A stretch of 64,000 nt of DNA, from contig CAWBMV010000016.1 of the NCBI GenBank assembly GCA_963789955.1, positions 35,422-99,421 on the forward strand, in the 5' to 3' direction. Below, in pieces: positions 1-8,610 of the stretch (positions are counted from its first letter, which is position 1; the number at the start of each line of letters is the position of its first letter). The stretch comes from an uncultured Candidatus Rokubacteria bacterium (GTDB taxonomy: Bacteria > Methylomirabilota > Methylomirabilia > Rokubacteriales > CSP1-6). The position numbers and the translations under genes were made by a program. The notes beneath the pieces are model-generated. The model made no database searches. It saw nothing but the letters and a program-made list of their open reading frames with translations, and was not told the DNA's origin.

Positions 1-203
1 TTGAGGATCGGAGTGACCGACTCGACGCACTCGAGCGACTCGAGGCTCCGCAGCGCGTCCTTGCCGCGATCGTCGCCGACCGCGCCGATCACCGTGCGCA
101 GCGCGCCGCGGATCGTGTGCGGGCTGTAGCCCATGGCGGTGATGCGATGACAAACGTCCTCGACCTGCGCGTCCGAGGCTCCCGACTTCAGCACGATGAT
201 CAT
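1..203 (-). CDS. aroF: 3-deoxy-7-phosphoheptulonate (DAHP) synthase, type I-beta, N-terminal regulatory domain only (gene continues past the left edge)
   Basis: Reverse translation from ATG (203-201) gives MIIVLKSGASDAQVEDVCHRITAMGYSPHTIRGALRTVIGAVGDDRGKDALRSLESLECVESVTPIL. This matches the ferredoxin-like N-terminal domain of Thermotoga-type DAHP synthase (MIVVLK..ERTVIGIIGDDR..ESLDCVESV). It is absent from the ORF track because the window edge truncates it. Confidence 0.85.
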   Translation of the reverse strand, partial: MIIVLKSGASDAQVEDVCHRITAMGYSPHTIRGALRTVIGAVGDDRGKDALRSLESLECVESVTPIL

Positions 204-207
204 GGCT

Positions 208-393
208 GTTGTTGTAGCGGGGACCGTGAGGCCGGCTCACACCGAGGGTGGCCTGAGATAGGCGCGACCCGGCTCCGTTTTGCCCGCTCCTTTCCGTGCC
301 GTTCATGACGGCACTCTGGTTTCGTTGTTGTAGCGGGGACCGTGAGATCGGCTCACACCGAGGGTGGCCTGAGATAGGCGCGACCCGGCTCCG
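208..393. repeat. Tandem direct repeat, two 70-nt copies (208-277 and 324-393, period 116 nt) in the aroF 5-prime leader; candidate cis-regulatory RNA
   Basis: The copies are identical at 68 of 70 positions; the only differences are 231-232 GC versus 347-348 AT. On the aroF-sense (minus) strand each copy contains the hairpin GUGAG-N5-CUCAC and ends in GCUACAACAAC. Confidence 0.9.
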
Positions 394-442
394 CTCGCCC
401 GTTCTCTGCCGTTGTTGCGCCGTCTCGCCTCCCCCGTCGTCT

Positions 443-477
443 GAAAAAACAAAAGGCCGCGGGGAGAGCCCGCGGCC
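443..477 (-). terminator. Rho-independent terminator downstream of the DedA-like gene
   Basis: The minus strand reads GGCCGCGGG-CUCUC-CCCGCGGCC followed by UUUUGUUUUUUC. This is a 9-bp GC stem (455-463 / 469-477) plus a U tract (443-454). A second 9-bp GC hairpin lies at 490-519. Confidence 0.6.
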
Positions 478-620
478 TGGAGTGGATCGGCGCCGCGGGC
501 TTTCGGTCCGCCCGCGGCCCCTGCTTATCTCAAGTCAGAGCGCCTGGGCGGACCTCGCCGAAGAAGTAAAAGTAAAAGCCGAAGTACCGAGATCGAGGTG
601 CTCATGGCGTGTCGGAAAGT

Positions 621-1361
621 CTAGCGGGGCGTCCCGGGGCCGTCAAGCGCTTTCTCGGCGCCGCCCTTGTCGCCGCGCGGCTTGTGAAACCGCTTGATCA
701 GGCTCGCGCGGTAGTAGTAGAGCGGCAGGCAGAGCGCCACGACGATCGCCATGAACGCGATGGCGTAGATGTATTGCTGCTCGGCCACGTGCGCGCCGAA
801 GTACGACGAGACCCACGTGCCGGGAATTCGCGCGACGGTCGAGACGACCGCGAACAGCCAGAAGGGCATCGGACTGATGCCGAACAGGTACGAGACGATG
901 TCCTTCGGGAAGCCCGGGATCAGATACAAGATGAAGCAGATGATCGCGCCCTCGGCTTCGAGGACGAAGTTCATCTGATTCCAGTGGTGCTCGCTGAGCC
1001 ATGGGCGCACGAGCGGCTCGCCCCATCTGCGCCCTACCCAGAAGCAGAAGAGCGTGCCGACCGTCAGGCCGATCGTCGAGTAGAGGAGCCCGAGCCACGT
1101 GCCGAAGAGCGCGCCGCCGACCGGTCCGGTGATCTCGCCGGGGATCGGCGAGATGATCACCTGGAGCGCCTGGATGGCGATGAAGACGAGGGGCGCCATC
1201 CAGCCCCACGAGCGCACCGTGTCCTTGAGGAACTTCTTGTCCTGGTAGAGGCGGACCGTGAACCGGATGATCGCGGCGTCGGCGGCGACGAGCCAGATGA
1301 TGATCGCGAGCAGCAGCAGGAGCACCGCCGTGACCAGCGCCCACCGAGCGCGGTCAGTCAT
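621..1361 (-). CDS. DedA / TVP38-TMEM64 family membrane protein
   Basis: 246-aa multi-TM ORF. It carries the family-typical VIISPIPGEITGPVGGALFG..GLLYSTIGLTVGTLFCFWVGRRWG segment. Confidence 0.8.
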   Translation of the reverse strand: MTDRARWALVTAVLLLLLAIIIWLVAADAAIIRFTVRLYQDKKFLKDTVRSWGWMAPLVFIAIQALQVIISPIPGEITGPVGGALFGTWLGLLYSTIGLTVGTLFCFWVGRRWGEPLVRPWLSEHHWNQMNFVLEAEGAIICFILYLIPGFPKDIVSYLFGISPMPFWLFAVVSTVARIPGTWVSSYFGAHVAEQQYIYAIAFMAIVVALCLPLYYYRASLIKRFHKPRGDKGGAEKALDGPGTPR

Positions 1362-1379
1362 CGGGAGCGGTGCGCGGCC

Positions 1380-2798
1380 TCACAGGGCCGGACGACGATC
1401 TCTCCAGGGCGAAGCGGTTTCGAAAGCGGCCGACGCCGCCAGCACGGTGCCGTCGGCATGGCGACGCCCGACGATCTGCAGGCCGACCGGAAGGCCCTCG
1501 TCGGTCCATCCGGCCGGCACGCTCGCCGCGGGCTGGCCCGTCAGGTTGAACGGGTACGTGAACGGCATCCATCCGAGCACCGAGACGTCCTGCCCGGCGA
1601 TCTCGCGCGGCGGATGCGCGCCCGCCGCGAACGGCAAGGTCGCCACCGTCGGCATGAGCAGCACGTCGAAGCGCTCGAGGAACGTCTGGGCCTCGCGCCA
1701 GTATTCTTCGACGCGCGCGACGGCGCGCAGGTAGTCGCGGGTCGCCACGGCGCCACCGCGCCGGATGAATCGCACGAGCGAGGCATCCATGTGCGGCTCG
1801 GCATCCGGAAGGCGATCGGACCAGGCGGCGTAGAACTGCGCGGCGATGATCGTCGCGAAGATCTCCTCGGGATTCTCCCACCCGGGATTGACGACCTCGA
1901 CGTGACAGCCGAGCGTCTCGAACACGCCCGCCGCGTTCTCGCACGCCGCCAGCACCTTGGGGTCGACCGCCGCGTAGCCGAGATCCGGTGTCCACGCGAC
2001 GTTGAGTCCCCTCACGTCGCCGTCGCACATCGTCAGAAATGAGCGGAGCTCGCGCGGCAGGGAGCTGCGGTCGCGGTCGTCGCCGCCGGCCACCACGTCG
2101 AGCACGGCCGCCGCGTCGCGCACGGTGCGGGTGATCGGGCCGACGTGATTGACGCGCTCGAAGCCGCCGAACAGCGCGCGGTCCGGCACGCGCCCGAAGG
2201 AGGGCTTGAAGCCGTAGAGCCCGCAGAACGCCGCCGGGATCCGGACCGAGCCGCCGCCGTCGGTCCCGAGCGCGATCGGGCCCACGCCGCTCGCCACCGC
2301 GGCGGCGGCGCCGCCGCTCGAGCCTCCGGGCGTGAGCGTCGTGTCCCAAGGATTGCGCGTGATGCCGAAGAGCGGGTTCTCGGTGAACGCCTTGTGGCCG
2401 AACTCCGACGTGTTGGTCTTCCCGAGCAGCACGGCGCCGGCGGCCTTGAGCCGGCCGAACGAGAGCGCGTCTTCCTCGGGGACGAAATCGGCGAAGAGCC
2501 GAGAGCCGCCGGTCGTCGTCAGCCCGCGCGTCGGCAGGACATCCTTGACCGAGAACGGCACGCCGTGGAGAGGACCGAGCGGCTCGCCTTTCATCACCGC
2601 GATCTCCGCCTCGCGGGCGGCGACGCGGGCGACGTCGGCGGTCACGAGACAGAACGCGTTGAGGGTCGGGTTGACCGCTTCGAGTCTGGCGAGAATCGCG
2701 TCGAGTACCTCGAGCGGCTTGACCTCTTTACGCCGGACGAGATCGGCGATCTCGAGCGCGGAGAGCCAAGTCTCCATTGACGGGCCGCATTGTATCAT
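1380..2798 (-). CDS. Amidase (amidase-signature family, GatA-like)
   Basis: Intact 472-aa ORF with the amidase signature GGSSGGAAAAVASG and a KDV..TTGGS region. Confidence 0.85.
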   Translation of the reverse strand: MIQCGPSMETWLSALEIADLVRRKEVKPLEVLDAILARLEAVNPTLNAFCLVTADVARVAAREAEIAVMKGEPLGPLHGVPFSVKDVLPTRGLTTTGGSRLFADFVPEEDALSFGRLKAAGAVLLGKTNTSEFGHKAFTENPLFGITRNPWDTTLTPGGSSGGAAAAVASGVGPIALGTDGGGSVRIPAAFCGLYGFKPSFGRVPDRALFGGFERVNHVGPITRTVRDAAAVLDVVAGGDDRDRSSLPRELRSFLTMCDGDVRGLNVAWTPDLGYAAVDPKVLAACENAAGVFETLGCHVEVVNPGWENPEEIFATIIAAQFYAAWSDRLPDAEPHMDASLVRFIRRGGAVATRDYLRAVARVEEYWREAQTFLERFDVLLMPTVATLPFAAGAHPPREIAGQDVSVLGWMPFTYPFNLTGQPAASVPAGWTDEGLPVGLQIVGRRHADGTVLAASAAFETASPWRDRRPAL

Positions 2799-3987
2799 TG
2801 CGCTTCGTGCAGATCGTGGATCGCCGGGGGACGCTCGTCACCGTCCTGCGCCCGACGGCCACCGGGTCGATCGAGAGCGCGTGGGTTCGCATTCCGGACG
2901 GCTCCTGGCTCGGCATCGAACCGCGCGCAACGCGCGACGCGCCGTGGGGCTGGTCCGACCGGCTCTGGCACGCCGCGGAGCCGCCCGCCAACGGCTGGCA
3001 CGGAGCGCGGCTCACCCTCTTCGAGTCGCTCGACTGGGCGCGCATCGATCGCATTCCAGTCCTCGCGGAGCCCGCGCGATTGCCGCCCGGCGGCGGGACC
3101 GCGGTGTTGAACTTCATCGCCGCGCGCGCGGCCGAGCAGGGCGCCGGCCCCCTCGCGTATCGCGGCCCCTATCCGACCGAGCAGCTCTTTCTGGCGCTCC
3201 TCGAGTCGTTCCGTTACGAGCCCCACGCGGCCGACCCGCTCGCGGACTTCATGGCCGGAGGCCTCACCTGGCGGCCGGCGCCCTCCGAGCATCTGTTCGT
3301 CGGCGACGACCTCTACGTGCAAGGTCGTGACCGGATCGAGAAGGTCGTGTGGCGCGGCATCACCTACTACCGGCCGGAGTGGCAGGACGTCGTGCGCCAC
3401 ACGCCGCGCCGGATCGTCGACGCGCCCGACGGGGTGCGGTGCGGGCTCTGGGCTCTCTCACAACGGCTCGAGGACGCGCTCCTGCTCCGCCCCGACGGTG
3501 ATCTCGCGGCGATCCTCGCGGTCGAGCCGACACCCGCGGCGAGCCGGCCCCTCCCGGACCGCGTGTGGGCCGGCGTCGCCGCGGTCGTCGCCGCGCGCGG
3601 CGCCGCGCCGCTGGCGTCCTTCGTGGAATCGGTTGCCGGAGCGTTCTCGCTCGAGTGGGGCCCGGTCGCGCGGGACCTGGTCCAGATCGGTCGAGGCCGC
3701 GTGCGAATCTCCGAGCGGCTCCGCGAGGCGCTCGCGGCCGGGCTGGCGGCGGCGCCCGACGCCGGCGACCGCGCCGCGCTCGGGCTGGCCGTGATCGCGG
3801 AGATGGCCGCGCTCGTGGGCGACGCGCTCCGAGGGCGCGCCCAGGCCGAGATCCTCGCGCGCTCCGGCCCCGAGTCGGTCGCCGAGCTGGCCCGACCCCA
3901 GCGGCGCCCGGCGAGCGGGGCGGCGCCGAACGGGCTCGCGACATCACGGCGGGGGTCGAAGCGCTGCTGGCCGAGGCCGGCCGCTGA
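2777..3987 (+). CDS. Hypothetical protein (no recognisable domain)
   Basis: The 430-aa ORF has coding-like composition. The last ~30 codons probably continue in the frame of ORF 3565..3987, ending ..ITAGVEALLAEAGR at TGA 3985-3987. That end sits 3 nt from the corrected stop of the convergent gene. The start is uncertain because it overlaps the divergent amidase start. Confidence 0.4.
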
Positions 3988-3990
3988 GGG

Positions 3991-5713
3991 TCAGTGCGTG
4001 GCGCTGAAGATGATCCAGACGTTGAAGGCGATGAACGCGGCGACCGAGAGCGTCGAGAGCCCGACGTAGGCGATCCAGAGCAGCTCCTCCCGACCCTGCA
4101 CCATCCGCCCGCGCGCCCGTCAACAGGCCCTTCACGTACGCGATCGCGTCGCTCTTGAGCGTGGGCACGCCCAGCACGTCGACGAGCACGTGATAGCCGT
4201 CCATCTCGATGAAGCAGAAGGGATAGAGCGCGACCACCAGCGCCTGCCACTGGATGATGCCGGACGCGGCGGCGAAGGCCTGCGTGAAGCTGCCGGTCGG
4301 GGCCTTGGCGGCGACGATGAACGCGACCGCGCCGAGGACCAGATGGACGAGCGCACCCGTCACGGCGGTCACCACGCGGGCGCGGCGGCTCGCCATGAAG
4401 ATGTCGGTGACGTCGACGTAGAACGTCGGCACGAAGCCGTGCAGGAAGGTGAAGCCGAACTCGCGCACGCGACGCCGATAGTGGATGCAGGCCAGCCCGT
4501 GCACGAACTGGTGCAGCGCCACGCTGGCGAAGAACAGGAGCTTGACCATCAGGATGCCGCGCAGGGCGTGGCCGCCGAATCCCTCGAGCATGTCGTGCAC
4601 GTCGCGGAAGAGCATCAGCGCGGCGGCGGCGCCCACGACGGCGAGCACGCCACACGCGATCGCGGCGATCGGCGTGAAGACGAGGAACCCGCCGTATCGG
4701 TAGAGCGCCTGGAAGAACGGCTGGACGTTGTGGCTCGAGATCCGGATACGCTCGAGGCCGGTCAGCGCGAGCTCGAGCGCCTTCACGATCATGCGGCCGC
4801 GGTTGCGCGCCAGGGCCGCCCGCAGCCGCGACCGCGGCTCGAACGTCAGGAGCTGCGCCCGCTGGAGCTTGTGGAGCAAGCTCGGGATGATCTCGAAGTC
4901 GAACTCGCCGTACTTCAGCACGTAGGCGGTCGCGATCTCCTGCAACGAGGTGGCGCCGTCCATCTGATCCCACAGGAAGCCCTCCTGCGCGGAGAGCAGG
5001 AGGAAGCGGTCCGTGGTCTTGTTTTTCAGAATGAAGCCGGGCGCGACAGCCAGCCGCGAGCGCAGCTCGGAGATCTCGTACGACTCCTGATCGATCCGGC
5101 GCGGGCGCGAGTTGAGGTAGCCGATGACGCTCGCGACCTGGCGGAGCTCGAAGTCCTCCTCGTCGTCGCGCCGGACGAGCAGCTCGAACTTCGCGGGCGC
5201 CGGCCGCTGCATCAGCGCGCCTCGATGTCGAGACCCGGTGGCCTCGAGGCCCCAGCGGGTCGCCTCGGCGACCTGCTGCGTCGAGCGCCGCAGCCGATCC
5301 ATGAACACCGTGACCATCGCGTGGAAGAACGCGGCGGCGGCGTGAGGCGCGGTCTCGGTCATCGCCTGCAGGCTATCGCGTCCGAGGATGAGCAGCTCGA
5401 CGTCCGTCTCGGCCTGGGCGGTGGCGGAGCGGGGCGAGCCGTCGAAGAGGCTCATCTCGCCGAAGAAGTCGAAGGGCTCGACGCGCACCAGCACCTGCTC
5501 GACCTTGCCGGTCACCGCCTTCGAGATGAGCATGGTCCCGCGCCGCACGATGAACATCTCGTCGCCGCGATCGTCTTCACGAAAGAGAATCTGGCGCTTC
5601 CGTAGATCACGTTCGCGCAGCCGGTCCGCGACGACGGCGAGATCGGCATCGGAGAAGGATTCGAACACACGAACGTCGCGCAGGAACGCGAGGGTTTCGG
5701 CCGACGCCTGCAC
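3991..5713 (-). CDS. Cyclic nucleotide-binding domain / PqqD-like domain / peptidase M50 (site-2 protease)-like membrane protein, catalytic Glu replaced by Gln
   Basis: - The N-terminus has a CAP-type cNMP-binding fold (FGEMSLFDGSPRSATAQA).
- Residues ~222-290 resemble PqqD/RRE (FLLLSAQEGFLWDQMDGATSLQEIATAYVLKYG).
- The TM region has HQFVH (4499-4513) in place of HExxH, and a downstream EMDG motif (the LDG equivalent).
- The C-terminus is restored by a frame change near 4090, giving a TM helix ..WIAYVGLSTLSVAAFIAFNVWIIFSATH and a stop at 3991-3993. Confidence 0.7.
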
Positions 5714-5732
5714 GCGGGGAGTGGCGCGAGGC

Positions 5733-5999
5733 CTAGGTGGCCACGCGGCTGATGAGGCTACTGCGGAACGCGTGTCGCCGCTCGCTCGACGGCGTCTTCG
5801 CGAGCCGGATCAAGGCCTGCTGCACCGTCGCACGCTCGGCGTCGCTCAGCTCGTACTCGGCCAGGAGCGGCTCCGGTGTGCGCTGGAGCTCGGCGAGAAA
5901 TTCCGGATCGATCATCACTCGCCCCACCAGCTCACGCAGTCCTTGCGCCATCGAGCGAATCATACCAATTTCCTCGACCGTTTGATAGGCTCCCACCAT
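5733..5999 (-). CDS. Small helical hypothetical protein (76-88 aa) immediately upstream of the cNMP/M50-like gene
   Basis: ORF MVGAYQTVEEIGMIRSMAQGLRELVGRVMIDPEFLAELQRTPEPLLAEYELSDAE... A good GAGGAA Shine-Dalgarno lies 7 nt before the internal ATG at 5963, so the probable start is MIRSMAQ. The gap to the next gene is 19 nt. Confidence 0.5.
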   Translation of the reverse strand: MVGAYQTVEEIGMIRSMAQGLRELVGRVMIDPEFLAELQRTPEPLLAEYELSDAERATVQQALIRLAKTPSSERRHAFRSSLISRVAT

Positions 6000-6118
6000 G
6001 ATTCACGACTCGCGCGCGCCCGATACGAGCCGCGACGACTCGTCATCTCCGGAAACTTCGCGGTCGGTCCTGCCCACGTGGTCGTCGAGCCGGCGCGGCG
6101 TCGAGCGCGGGCGGCCGC

Positions 6119-7132
6119 GTGAGCGACGATCGCCCTGACGTGAGGCGCGCCACAGCGCGGCGGCTCGCGGCGGCCGCCGTCGTGCTGCTGGCGGTCGCGG
6201 CGGTCGTCGGGACAACGCGGGCGCCGGCGGCGCAGCCGGACACGCGCATTCCGTGGATCGGCTACCTCGCCAACGAGCCGACCCCCGATTCCGCGCCGAT
6301 CTTCCGCGACGCCCTTCGCGAGCGAGGCTGGGTGGAGGGCCAGTCGGTCAAGATCTGGTACCGCTACGCGCAGGGCAAGCCCGACTTCTACCCGCAGCAC
6401 GCCGACGACTTGGTGCGCCTGAACGTCAATGCCATCGTCGCCGTCGGCCCGGAGGCGATCGAGGCGGCGAGGCGCGCGACGAAGACGATCCCCGTCGTCA
6501 TGGTCTCGCTCGACGATCCGGCGGAGCTGGTCCGCGAGAGCGGCGGCCCCGCCAGCAATCTCACGGGGATCACCACCTTCGCGCCCGAGGCGCCAGCGCG
6601 GCGCGTCGAGCTCTTGCGCCAGGTGGTGCCGCGGCTCGCCCGCGCGGCGCTGCTGTGGAGCGCGGACAGCACGAGCGCGACCGCCGACCTGCAGGCGACC
6701 GAAGCCGCGGCGACCGCGCGCGGCGTGGAGCTGACCAAGGTCGAGATCACCGCCGAGACCGACGTGCGCGCGGCCTTGACGAAGATCGAGAAGCTGCACA
6801 CGCAGGGGTTGATCGTGCTCGCCGACGCGGTCACGCTCGCGCACCGCCAGCGGCTCGCCACCTTCGCGAGTCGTGCCAAGCTGCCGGCGGTGTTCCCGTC
6901 CCGCGACTTCGCCGACGCCGGCGGCCTGCTCGCCTATGGCGCGAACTGGACCGAAGTCTTCCGGCAGACCGCCGCGCTCGTCGATCAGATCCTGAGGGGC
7001 GTCAAGCCGGCGGACCTGGGCATACGGCGCGCGGCGCGGTTCGAGCTCGTGGTCAATCTGCGCGCCGCGCGCGCGATCCCGGTGGCGATCCCGTCGTCGT
7101 TGCTCCAGCGCGCGGACCGGGTCATCGAGTGA
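6119..7132 (+). CDS. ABC transporter substrate-binding protein (PF04392-like family), Tat/Sec signal
   Basis: 337-aa ORF with an N-terminal RRATARRLAAAAVVLLAVAA signal. It also carries the family-typical PWIGYL..FRDALRERGWVEGQ..IVAVGPEAIEAARRATKTIPVVMV pattern. Confidence 0.75.
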   Translation: MSDDRPDVRRATARRLAAAAVVLLAVAAVVGTTRAPAAQPDTRIPWIGYLANEPTPDSAPIFRDALRERGWVEGQSVKIWYRYAQGKPDFYPQHADDLVRLNVNAIVAVGPEAIEAARRATKTIPVVMVSLDDPAELVRESGGPASNLTGITTFAPEAPARRVELLRQVVPRLARAALLWSADSTSATADLQATEAAATARGVELTKVEITAETDVRAALTKIEKLHTQGLIVLADAVTLAHRQRLATFASRAKLPAVFPSRDFADAGGLLAYGANWTEVFRQTAALVDQILRGVKPADLGIRRAARFELVVNLRAARAIPVAIPSSLLQRADRVIE

Positions 7133-7371
7133 TGCGACGCGCCGCGACCCTGGTCTGCGTGGCGGCCTTGCTCGCGGGGTGCGCGACGAAGCAGTGGATC
7201 TACGACAAGAAGGGTGCGACGCCGGCGAAGCTCGACCACGACATGGCGCTGTGCCGAAAGGAATCGGCCGATCCCCAGATCGTCGTGCTCCCGGGCAGTC
7301 CGCGGTCGGACCGCGCGGTCTTCAACCGCTGCATGGAGCGTAAAGGCTACACGGTACGAACGGAGGGGTGA
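7132..7371 (+). CDS. Small lipoprotein, unknown function
   Basis: The ATG at 7132 overlaps the upstream stop (GTGATG). The product is MRRAATLVCVAALLAGCATKQ.. with a lipobox (LLAGC), 79 aa. Confidence 0.55.
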   Translation: MRRAATLVCVAALLAGCATKQWIYDKKGATPAKLDHDMALCRKESADPQIVVLPGSPRSDRAVFNRCMERKGYTVRTEG

Positions 7372-7386
7372 TGGGAACCGGTACCC

Positions 7387-7802
7387 ATGGTTCCGAGTTT
7401 CCGAGGCGGAGGTGCGCCGATGCGTGGAGCTCGTCTCGCTCTCGCGGTAGCGATGGTGGCATTGCTCGCGTCCAGCAATGCGGCAGCGGCAACCTACGCG
7501 CAGGAGAGCCTCGATCGATACTTCCGGTTCGAGTACGACGTGACGCCGAGCGCCACGCGACCGGTGGTCAGCGGGTACGTGTACAACATGAACCCGGGCG
7601 TCCCGGTCGAGCGCATGCAGGTCTCCGTCGACAGCCTGGACGGCTGCCGGCAACGTCGTCGGGACGACCTCGACCTGGGTGCTCGGCGGCGTCCCGCCCG
7701 GCAATCGCGCGCTATTTCAGTGTTCGCGCCGTGCCGGCCGCGTCGTATCGGGTCCAGGTGCTCTTCTTCGACTGGGGCAGCCGCGGCGGCTCGGGCACCT
7801 GA
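7387..7802 (+). CDS. Secreted hypothetical protein, apparent frameshifts
   Basis: It starts with the signal peptide MRGARLALAVAMVALLASSNAAAA. The sequence continues sensibly only by changing frame near 7650 (..SLDG / AGNVVGTTSTWVLGGVPPGNRA) and near 7712 (YFSVRAVPAASYRVQVLFFDWGS..stop 7802). Confidence 0.45.
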
Positions 7803-7843
7803 CAGGCGTGGACGGCGAGCGGCCGGCCAGGAGGGCGAGATCG

Positions 7844-8186
7844 GTGATCAAGAGCATCTCGCTGCTGACTCGCAAGACCGGAATGACCCACGCGCAGTTC
7901 GTCAGACACTGGGCCGACGTCCACGCGCCCCTGGCCCTGGCCGTCCCGGGCCTCCGCCGCTACGTGCAGTCGCACATCGTCGAGGAGCGCACGCGCCCGG
8001 ACATCCCGACGACCGACGTCGAGATCGACGGTATCGCCGAGCTCTGGTACGACGACCGCGAGGTGATGGCGCGGGCGCACGCCTCGCCGCAGGCCAAGGC
8101 GCTGTTCGACGACGGCGCGCTCTTCATCGGCCGGATCAAGACGTTCACCGTCGAGGAGCAAGCAGATCGTCCCGCCCTCCGCGTAG
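7844..8186 (+). CDS. EthD domain protein
   Basis: A GTG start at 7844 is preceded by GGAGGG. The product VIKSISLLTRKTGMTHAQFVRHWADVHAPLA..GRIKTFTVEEQ is typical EthD. One extra base near 8160 (caagcag) hides the natural end ..QIVPPSA-TAG (8184-8186). Confidence 0.7.
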
Positions 8187-8251
8187 GCGCTGCCGCACCC
8201 CGATTTGCGGTATGGTGGGACGTGCCTACACTTCCACGGAGGTCACACGTC

Positions 8252-8581
8252 ATGCGACGTATTGCTCTGATAGCTCTCGTTCTGGCGCTGGCGGGTCCGA
8301 GCGCGAGCTGGGCCAGCTCCGAGTCCACCGCCATTGAGGTCGGATCCTCGGCCGGAAGCGCCCTCGGAACGCTGGTCTACGTACCGTTCAAGGTGACGTT
8401 CTGCATCCTCGGCGGCATCGGCAGCGGATTCACGGCGATCGCTTCGCCGCCGGCGGCCGGTCGGGTGGCGATGGCCACCTGCGGCGGCTCGTGGATCGTC
8501 ACGCCCGGTGTCGTCCGCGGGCATGAGACCTTGAAGTTCGTCGGGGACACATCGGCCAACCGGAGCACCGCCTCGCGTTAG
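8252..8581 (+). CDS. Small secreted/membrane protein, unknown function
   Basis: The ATG at 8252 is preceded by GGAGG. The product has the signal MRRIALIALVLALAGPSASWA followed by a Gly-rich hydrophobic segment. Confidence 0.45.
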   Translation: MRRIALIALVLALAGPSASWASSESTAIEVGSSAGSALGTLVYVPFKVTFCILGGIGSGFTAIASPPAAGRVAMATCGGSWIVTPGVVRGHETLKFVGDTSANRSTASR

Positions 8582-8610
8582 AGGTCGCGCCCTCGCGCGG
8601 CGAGACGGTC

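Noticed and set aside
204-306. A minus-strand ORF starting at ATG 306-304 that reads through repeat copy 1 into the aroF region.
   Set aside because: It is out of frame with the strongly conserved DAHP synthase N-terminus that starts at 203. Its ATG sits in the loop of a hairpin, and its translation has no coding-like features.
208-393. The tandem 70-nt repeats considered as a CRISPR array.
   Set aside because: There are only two copies. The repeat length (70 nt) and spacer (46 nt) are atypical, there are no cas genes, and the repeat lies in a gene leader.
528-605. A 25-codon minus-strand ORF (MSTSISVLRLLLLLLRRGPPRRSDL) just after the DedA gene, considered as a possible attenuation leader peptide.
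   Set aside because: - It has no Shine-Dalgarno.
- It is Leu-rich rather than Phe/Tyr/Trp-rich, which does not fit control of aroF.
- It lies upstream of a strong terminator that separates it from the aroF leader.
609-2042. Long ORFs in the six-frame track that overlap real genes on the other strand or in another frame. Examples: 609..2042 (+), 1354..2349 (-), 3360..4973 (-), 4190..5605 (+), 5960..6844 (-), 8795..10039 (-), 16461..18518 (+), 20530..22497 (+, first half), 27246..28727 (+), 35226..36824 (+), 39568..41298 (+).
   Set aside because: Their translations are dominated by Arg/Pro/Ala/Gly/Asp runs with no recognisable motifs. Each lies opposite or out of frame to an ORF with clear family-level homology. 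In very GC-rich DNA such stop-free shadow frames are expected.
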